From NCBI RefSeq assembly GCF_017876815.1, contig NZ_JAGIOS010000001.1, positions 3,120,001 to 3,152,000 on the forward strand: a DNA stretch of 32,000 nt, given 5' to 3'. Source of the stretch: Sinorhizobium meliloti (GTDB lineage Bacteria > Pseudomonadota > Alphaproteobacteria > Rhizobiales > Rhizobiaceae). Position 1 is the first letter of the stretch. Each line of letters starts with the position of its first letter. Under the pieces are notes generated by a model. It saw nothing but the letters and a program-made list of their open reading frames with translations, was not told the origin of the DNA and made no database searches. Positions 26,373 through 32,000 of the stretch are shown here, piece by piece. Position numbers and translations under genes: made by a program.

Positions 26373-27596
26373 ATGATTCCGTCATCTGCTCCCGCATTCG
26401 TCGCGGGGCCCCCGCCGCGCCATTTCGCACTCCGCATCGCGCTTCTCTTCTCAGCGCCGCTGATCGTCAACGGTTTCGCCATGCCGTACTTTCCGGTCTG
26501 GCTGAGCAGCCTGTCGCTCAGCGACTTCGAAATCGGCATAGTGCTTGCAGTTCCGATGTTCGTCCGGGTAATCACCGCACCACTGGCGGGCGTTCTCGCA
26601 GACCGCATCGGCGAGCGGACGATCGTCCTGATCTGGTCGGGTATCCTATCCTTCGCCGGAGCCGTCGTTCTTTTCTATGCGCAGAGCTTCTGGCCGGTGC
26701 TCGTCATCTACACGCTGCAATCTGCGGTTTATTCGCCCTATGTGCCGATCGTCGAGGCGATCGCCCTTTCGGGCGTGCGGCGCTGGGGCTTCGACTATGC
26801 GCAGATGCGTGTCTGGGGATCGGTCGCCTTTATCGGGGCGACGATGCTGGGTGGCTGGCTGATCGGAGTCGTCGGTGGGCAGATGGTCCTGCCCGCCATG
26901 GCGGCGGGCTTCGCGCTCACCATCCTTTTGGCGGTGGCCGCGCCGCGTGTCGGCCGTCCGCGCAGGCCATCACCGATTACCGCAATCACCGAGCCGCCGC
27001 CGCAATCGCTGCGACAGGCGGATCTGCAACTGCTGCTGGTCGGCGTGACGCTGGTCAACAGCAGCCATGCGATGCTCTTCGCCTTCTCTGCCATCTATTG
27101 GCAGCATATCGGCTACAGCGGCACCCAGATCGGCATTCTCTGGAGTGCCGGCGTCGCGGCGGAAGTGCTGATGTTCTTCCTCGCCAGGGCGATCGTCCGC
27201 CGTTTCAGCGTCTGGACGATGATCTTCTCCGGCTGCCTGCTCGCGGTCGTACGCTGGCTGATCTTCCCGATGGATCTCGGCTTCTCGGGCTATTTCGTTC
27301 TGCAGTGCTTTCACGCCTTCACCTATGCGATCATGCATACGGGCATGCAGCACAAGCTGGTCGAGCGTGTCGCGGAGGAGCAGGAGGCGTCGGCGCAGGG
27401 GCTCTACTTTTTCTACACCGGCATCTTCACGGCGATCTTCACCTTTCTGTCGGGCTATTTCTACGCCTGGTTCGGCGTCGACGGCTTCTACTCCATGTCG
27501 GCGGTCGCGCTTTCGGGCTGCCTTTTCACCTTCCTCGGCTGGTATCTTCAGCCCCAGAGGCTGGCCTCCGGCGGAAAGACGAGCGAGGCCTCGTAG
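26373..27596 (+). CDS. MFS transporter (HcaT / MFS_1-like type)
   Basis: The 407-aa protein has about 12 hydrophobic segments. The N-terminus FALRIALLFSAPLIVNGFAMPYFPVWL and the loop motif GVLADRIGER are typical of this MFS subgroup. Confidence 0.85.
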   Translation: MIPSSAPAFVAGPPPRHFALRIALLFSAPLIVNGFAMPYFPVWLSSLSLSDFEIGIVLAVPMFVRVITAPLAGVLADRIGERTIVLIWSGILSFAGAVVLFYAQSFWPVLVIYTLQSAVYSPYVPIVEAIALSGVRRWGFDYAQMRVWGSVAFIGATMLGGWLIGVVGGQMVLPAMAAGFALTILLAVAAPRVGRPRRPSPITAITEPPPQSLRQADLQLLLVGVTLVNSSHAMLFAFSAIYWQHIGYSGTQIGILWSAGVAAEVLMFFLARAIVRRFSVWTMIFSGCLLAVVRWLIFPMDLGFSGYFVLQCFHAFTYAIMHTGMQHKLVERVAEEQEASAQGLYFFYTGIFTAIFTFLSGYFYAWFGVDGFYSMSAVALSGCLFTFLGWYLQPQRLASGGKTSEAS

Positions 27597-28531
27597 CGAA
27601 GGCCCGGCGAGCGGTCTTTCGAGAGCAGCAGCGGTCCGTCGAGATCCACGAAATCCGCGTCCTGCGCGACGAGTACCGCCGGCGCCATGGCGAGCGAACT
27701 GCCGACCATGCAGCCGACCATGATCTTCAGGCCGAGGGCTTCGGCCGCAGCGCGCATGCGCAGGGCCTCCGTCAGCCCGCCGGTCTTGTCGAGCTTGATG
27801 TTGACCGCATCGTAGCGGCCGACGAGCCTTTCGAGGTCCTCCGTGGCATGCACGCTTTCGTCGGCGCAGACGGGTACCGGGCGAGGCAGGGAGGCGAGTA
27901 TCTCGTCGCGGCCGGCGGGCAGCGGCTGTTCGATGAGGCTGATGCCGTTCTCGGCGCAGGCGGCGAAGTGGGCGGCAATGTTGGCTTCCGTCCATCCCTC
28001 ATTGGCGTCGAGAATGATGCGGCTCCCCGGCGCGCCGCTCCTGACGGCGCGAATGCGCGCCGTGTCGTCTGACGTTCCGACTTTCACCTTGAGAAGCGCC
28101 CGATGGGCGTGTTTCGCGGCCTGGGCCCTCATCTCCTCCGGCTCGGCGAGCGACAAGGTGTAGGCGGTGGTCAGAGGCGTCGGGCCAGCGATTCCGGCGA
28201 GCGCGGCAGCGGAGCTTCCGCTGCGCTTTGCCTCGAGATCCCACAGGGCGCAGTCGACCGCGTTTCGCGCGGCGCCGGCCTTCATCGCCGTCTGCAGGTC
28301 GGTGCGGGTCATGTCCTCTTCGATGAGGGGCCGCACGGTCTCGATGGCGCTCAGCACCGACTCGACCGATTCGCCGTAGCGGGCATAGGGCACGCACTCG
28401 CCCCAACCCGATAGCTCGCCGTCGGTGACGCGGCAGGTGACGACGCTTGCCGTGGTTTTCGAGCCGCGCGAAATGGTGAAAGCGCCTGCGATCGGGAAAT
28501 GTTCGACGGTGGCTGTAAGAGTAATCGGCAT
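27548..28531 (-). CDS. enolase-superfamily dipeptide epimerase (L-Ala-D/L-Glu epimerase-like)
   Basis: The 327-aa protein has KVKVG, the metal ligands in ILDANEGW / LIEQPL / ADES, and the second catalytic Lys in NIKLDKTGG. Confidence 0.85.
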   Translation of the reverse strand: MPITLTATVEHFPIAGAFTISRGSKTTASVVTCRVTDGELSGWGECVPYARYGESVESVLSAIETVRPLIEEDMTRTDLQTAMKAGAARNAVDCALWDLEAKRSGSSAAALAGIAGPTPLTTAYTLSLAEPEEMRAQAAKHAHRALLKVKVGTSDDTARIRAVRSGAPGSRIILDANEGWTEANIAAHFAACAENGISLIEQPLPAGRDEILASLPRPVPVCADESVHATEDLERLVGRYDAVNIKLDKTGGLTEALRMRAAAEALGLKIMVGCMVGSSLAMAPAVLVAQDADFVDLDGPLLLSKDRSPGLRYEASLVFPPEASLWG

Positions 28532-28716
28532 AGGGACCCCATGACTTCATCCGCTCCGGACCGCGAATGGCGGAGTTTTGCGAAGCTTGCGGCCCATTGT
28601 GTCATTTCTGTCGCACCAAGGGCACTGTACGACTTTGAATTCCCGCATGATTTTGTCATCAAATCGATTCTGGTTTAAGAGACTATGCGGAGAACGAACT
28701 GAAAGACCGATATCAC

Positions 28717-29856
28717 GTGACGCGTGCCCCAACAGAGACCGCTGCCGACGTCGTCGTCGATGAGGGCGCCGCCGGAAACGGTCGGCGCTATGTGTTCAGC
28801 GGCGACTGGCGGCACGAGACGGCGGAGGCGATGGCCGCCAAGCTGAAGCGGCTTGAAAAGCCCGCGGGCGGCCAGAGCGAATTCGACTTCTCCGGCATCA
28901 CCCGGATGGATACGGCGGGTGCGTGGATCATTCGCCGCTTCATGAATGGGACAGCCGACGAAGTTCGTTTCACGGGCGGCGAGCGCTACGCCGAATTGGT
29001 CCGCGCACTGCCGAAGCAACTGCGTCGCCCGGAAGAGAGTGCGACGAGAATGCCGCTTTTCCAGCGGCTGTTTACGCCCGTGGGCGAGCTGACGGTCTCC
29101 ATCTGGACCGACACGGTGGCTGCCATGTTCATCCTGGGCTCTGCGGTACGCGGCGCGCAGATGAAGCTCGGGCGTCACGCCGGCGTTTCGCCTGCTGCGA
29201 TCGTCCACCAGATCGACCGTATGGGCGTCATGGCGACGCCGATCATCACCCTGATGTCGTTCCTGATCGGCGCCATCATAGCGCAGCAGGGAGCGTTCCA
29301 GCTCCGCTCATTCGGCGCGGAGATTTTCGTGGTCGATCTCGTCGGCATCCTGCAATTGCGCGAGATCGGCGTGTTGCTTACCGCGATCATGATCGCCGGT
29401 CGGTCGGGCAGCGCGATTACTGCCGAGATCGGCTCCATGAAGATGCGCGAAGAGGTCGATGCGCTCAAGGTCATGGGCTTGAGTCCGGTCGGCGTTCTTG
29501 TCTTTCCGCGTCTCGTGGCGCTGACGATCGTCCTGCCGCTCCTGACGATCATCGCAAACTTCGCCGCGCTTGCCGGCGCCGCCATGGTGGCATGGACCTA
29601 TTCCGACATCACGATACCGACCTTTTTGGCGCGGTTGCAGGAAGCGGTCGATTTCTCCTCGGTCGCGGCCGGCATGATCAAGGCGCCCTTCATGGCCCTC
29701 ATCATCGGCGTCGTTGCCGCAGTCGAGGGACTGAAGGTCGGAGGCAGCGCCGAGTCGCTCGGGCGGCGCGTGACCTCCTCCGTCGTCAAATCCATATTCG
29801 TCGTGATTCTGATCGACGGATTGTTCGCCATGTTCTACGCGGCAATCGATTTCTGA
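28717..29856 (+). CDS. MlaE-family ABC transporter permease with an N-terminal hydrophilic (STAS-like) extension of about 120 aa
   Basis: The C-terminal roughly 260 aa form the MlaE/YrbE-type permease (REIGVLLTAIMIAGRSGSAITAEIGSMKMREEVDALKVMG). The N-terminal segment YVFSGDWRHETAEAMAAKLKRL...EFDFSGITRMDTAGAWIIRRF looks like an anti-sigma-antagonist/STAS fold. The start is GTG at 28717, with no clear SD, so the start is uncertain. Confidence 0.85.
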   Translation: MTRAPTETAADVVVDEGAAGNGRRYVFSGDWRHETAEAMAAKLKRLEKPAGGQSEFDFSGITRMDTAGAWIIRRFMNGTADEVRFTGGERYAELVRALPKQLRRPEESATRMPLFQRLFTPVGELTVSIWTDTVAAMFILGSAVRGAQMKLGRHAGVSPAAIVHQIDRMGVMATPIITLMSFLIGAIIAQQGAFQLRSFGAEIFVVDLVGILQLREIGVLLTAIMIAGRSGSAITAEIGSMKMREEVDALKVMGLSPVGVLVFPRLVALTIVLPLLTIIANFAALAGAAMVAWTYSDITIPTFLARLQEAVDFSSVAAGMIKAPFMALIIGVVAAVEGLKVGGSAESLGRRVTSSVVKSIFVVILIDGLFAMFYAAIDF

Positions 29857-29867
29857 GGTAGGCGAAC

Positions 29868-30677
29868 ATGGTTCAGGCGGTCATCGAAAAGCAAGCGGAT
29901 GCGGGGGGCGAGCGAGAGGCGGTCCTCTCCGTTCGCGATCTGACCGTCGGCTTCGGCGACCATGTCGTTCTCGACAATCTCAATCTCGAAGTGCTGCGGG
30001 GTGAAATTCTCGGCTTCGTCGGCGCCTCCGGTACCGGCAAGTCCGTACTGATGCGCACGGTCCTTCGGCTTCTGCCGAAGCGCTCCGGCACGATCGAGAT
30101 TCTTGGCGCCGACTACGACAGCATGGGCGAGGCCGAGCGCATCGCACTCGATATGCGCCTCGGCGTGCTGTTCCAGCATGGCGCGCTTTTCTCCGCCCTG
30201 ACGGTGCGTGAGAACATCCAGGTGCCGATGCGCGAATATCTCGATCTGCCGCAAGACCTGATGGACGAGCTCGCGCGCCTGAAAATCGAACTGGTCGGCC
30301 TCGCACCGGAGGCCGCGGAGAAATACCCTTCGGAGCTTTCCGGCGGCATGATCAAGCGCGCGGCGCTTGCGCGCGCGCTCGCGCTCGATCCCGACCTCGT
30401 CTTTCTCGATGAGCCGACGTCCGGCCTCGATCCGATCGGTGCTGCGGAGTTCGACGAGTTGATCGCCAAGCTGCGGGACACGCTTGGATTGACCGTGTAT
30501 ATGGTGACGCACGATCTGGACAGCCTGTTCTCGGTCTGTGACCGGATCGCGGTGCTCGGCAAGAAGCGCGTTCTCGTCGAAGGCACCATCGAGGATATGC
30601 TCGCCTGCGACGAGCCCTGGGTGAAGTCGTATTTCCGGGGCAAGCGCGCAAGGGCAATCGTGCGCGAGCAGGATTGA
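29868..30677 (+). CDS. MlaF-like ABC transporter ATP-binding protein
   Basis: It has Walker A (GASGTGKS), the ABC signature (LSGGMIKR), Walker B (LVFLDEPTSGLD) and the H-loop (VTHD). The start lies 11 nt after the permease stop. Confidence 0.92.
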   Translation: MVQAVIEKQADAGGEREAVLSVRDLTVGFGDHVVLDNLNLEVLRGEILGFVGASGTGKSVLMRTVLRLLPKRSGTIEILGADYDSMGEAERIALDMRLGVLFQHGALFSALTVRENIQVPMREYLDLPQDLMDELARLKIELVGLAPEAAEKYPSELSGGMIKRAALARALALDPDLVFLDEPTSGLDPIGAAEFDELIAKLRDTLGLTVYMVTHDLDSLFSVCDRIAVLGKKRVLVEGTIEDMLACDEPWVKSYFRGKRARAIVREQD

Positions 30678-30767
30678 GCCGGGAATGCGCAGGCGGGGGA
30701 GCTACGGCAAGCCTGCTCGCAGAAGTACATGAACAGGCGGCAAGGGCCGCAAAGGTAGGTAATGCCG

Positions 30768-32000
30768 ATGGAAACTAAAGCGAATTATGCCATTGTCGGC
30801 TTCTTCACCGTCCTGGTCATCGCCGCGGCCTTCGGCTTCGTCTACTGGATGTCGCAATATGGCCGGACCGGCCAGATGGTCGAACTCGTCGTCAACATTC
30901 CCGGATCGGCCAATGGTCTGTCGGTGGGCTCACCGGTGCGCTTCAACGGGATCAACGTCGGCAGCGTGCGTAATCTTGCGATCGACGCCAACGATCCTCG
31001 CTATTCGATTGCGATCACCGAAGTCTCGGCCGATGCCCCGGTCATGAAATCCACGACGGCGACGCTCGAGGTGCAAGGGCTGACGGGAGCGGCCTATATC
31101 GAGCTCAGCGGCGGGCGCAAGGGGGACGAAAACATCCTCAAGACCGCGCTGGAAAAGGGCACCCAGGCGCATATCCTTGCCGATCAGTCGAGCGTCACCA
31201 GCCTGCTGGCGACCGCGGACCAGATCCTCGACCGAGCGAATTCGGCGATCACGGATATCCAAAGCTTCGTCACCGACGTCCGTGGCCCGCTGACGTCAAC
31301 CATCGGCAATGCGGAGCGCTTTTCCAAGGCGCTCGCGGACAATTCCGGTGCGATCGACCAGTTCCTGAAAAGCGTCGAACAACTGTCGGGCTCCGTCAAT
31401 GCAGCATCGAAGAAGCTCGACGATACGCTTGCGAGTGCCGACAGGCTGATCAAGTCGGTCGACCCGAAGAAGATAGACAACATCGTCAGCAATGCCGAGC
31501 AGGTGAGCAACAATCTGAAGGATGCTTCGGGCGGGGTATCGGAAGCGATCGCCGGATTCCGGCGTACGGTGGAAACCTACGATCAGTTCGGCAAGAGCGC
31601 GCAGGAGACGCTGAAGCGGGTCGACACGCTGGTGGCCGCCGTCGACGCGCAGAAGGTCGGGCTGGTCGTCAACGACATCACGGCCGCGAGTGCGGACGCC
31701 CGCAAGGTCGCCGCACAGGTTTCGGACTTTGCCGAAAAGATTTCCGCCCGGCAGGATGATATCGATCAGACGATCACCGATTTCACGCAAATGTCCAACA
31801 AGCTGAATGCGGCATCGAACCGGGTCGACAGCATCCTGGTGAAGATCGACGGCTTCCTCGGCGACGCGGATGCTCCGTCGCTTTCTGCGCAGGCACGCGA
31901 AACGCTCGAGTCCTTCCGGCGGGTGGCGGAAAACCTGAATGCGCAACTGGGCCCGATCGCGGAAAATCTCAAGCGTTTCTCCAATTCGGGACTGCGGGAC
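30768..32000 (+). CDS. MCE/MlaD-family substrate-binding protein with a long helical C-terminal region; 3' end lies outside the window
   Basis: This ORF is not in the supplied track because it runs off the window. From the ATG at 30768 it reads METKANYAIVGFFTVLVIAAAFGFVYWM (TM anchor), then the MCE domain (LSVGSPVRFNGINVGSVRNLAID...LEVQGLTGAAYIELSG), then more than 250 aa of Ala/Asp/Ser-rich helical sequence. It is still open at base 32000. The ATG at 30762 is an alternative start. Confidence 0.85.
   Translation, partial: METKANYAIVGFFTVLVIAAAFGFVYWMSQYGRTGQMVELVVNIPGSANGLSVGSPVRFNGINVGSVRNLAIDANDPRYSIAITEVSADAPVMKSTTATLEVQGLTGAAYIELSGGRKGDENILKTALEKGTQAHILADQSSVTSLLATADQILDRANSAITDIQSFVTDVRGPLTSTIGNAERFSKALADNSGAIDQFLKSVEQLSGSVNAASKKLDDTLASADRLIKSVDPKKIDNIVSNAEQVSNNLKDASGGVSEAIAGFRRTVETYDQFGKSAQETLKRVDTLVAAVDAQKVGLVVNDITAASADARKVAAQVSDFAEKISARQDDIDQTITDFTQMSNKLNAASNRVDSILVKIDGFLGDADAPSLSAQARETLESFRRVAENLNAQLGPIAENLKRFSNSGLRD

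Noticed and set aside
26294-26608. A 104-aa minus-strand ORF spanning the long palindrome and the start of the MFS gene.
   Set aside because: It begins antisense within the MFS coding region and runs into the palindrome. It has no motifs, no SD and poor composition, so it is a shadow ORF.

Overview
This is a high-GC alphaproteobacterial core-chromosome window. Gene content and order closely resemble what I recall of the Sinorhizobium (Ensifer) meliloti chromosome: gph-rpiA-gor, a class II DAHP synthase, nadE, a B12 riboswitch with bluB, sinR-sinI next to a 770-aa chimeric malic enzyme, and an Mla/MCE-type transporter. About 28 protein genes cover almost the whole window, and most are recognisable housekeeping or metabolic genes. 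I found no tRNA or rRNA genes, CRISPR arrays, cas genes, transposases, integrases, phage genes or classical defence genes. I therefore do not see a convincing new multi-gene system. The parts not explained by ordinary annotation are: (1) an orphan TadE/TadG-like pseudopilin pair, translationally coupled, followed by an unrecognisable 322-aa protein with two helix-turn-helix-like segments, all behind an AT-rich dyad-containing promoter region (6633-10016). (2) A family of mosaic palindromic intergenic elements (RIME/Sm-repeat-like) at three loci (10034-10440, 17641-17762 and a degenerate copy at 26170-26245), whose hairpin stems carry compensatory substitutions. (3) A long near-perfect palindrome at 26263-26310. 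(4) Cis-regulatory structure around the sinR/sinI quorum-sensing genes, including a perfect 20-bp lux-type box, and the cobalamin riboswitch before bluB. (5) An Mla-like transporter with an N-terminally extended permease and an MCE protein with a very long helical tail. All family assignments come from motifs read by eye in the supplied translations. No database search was run.
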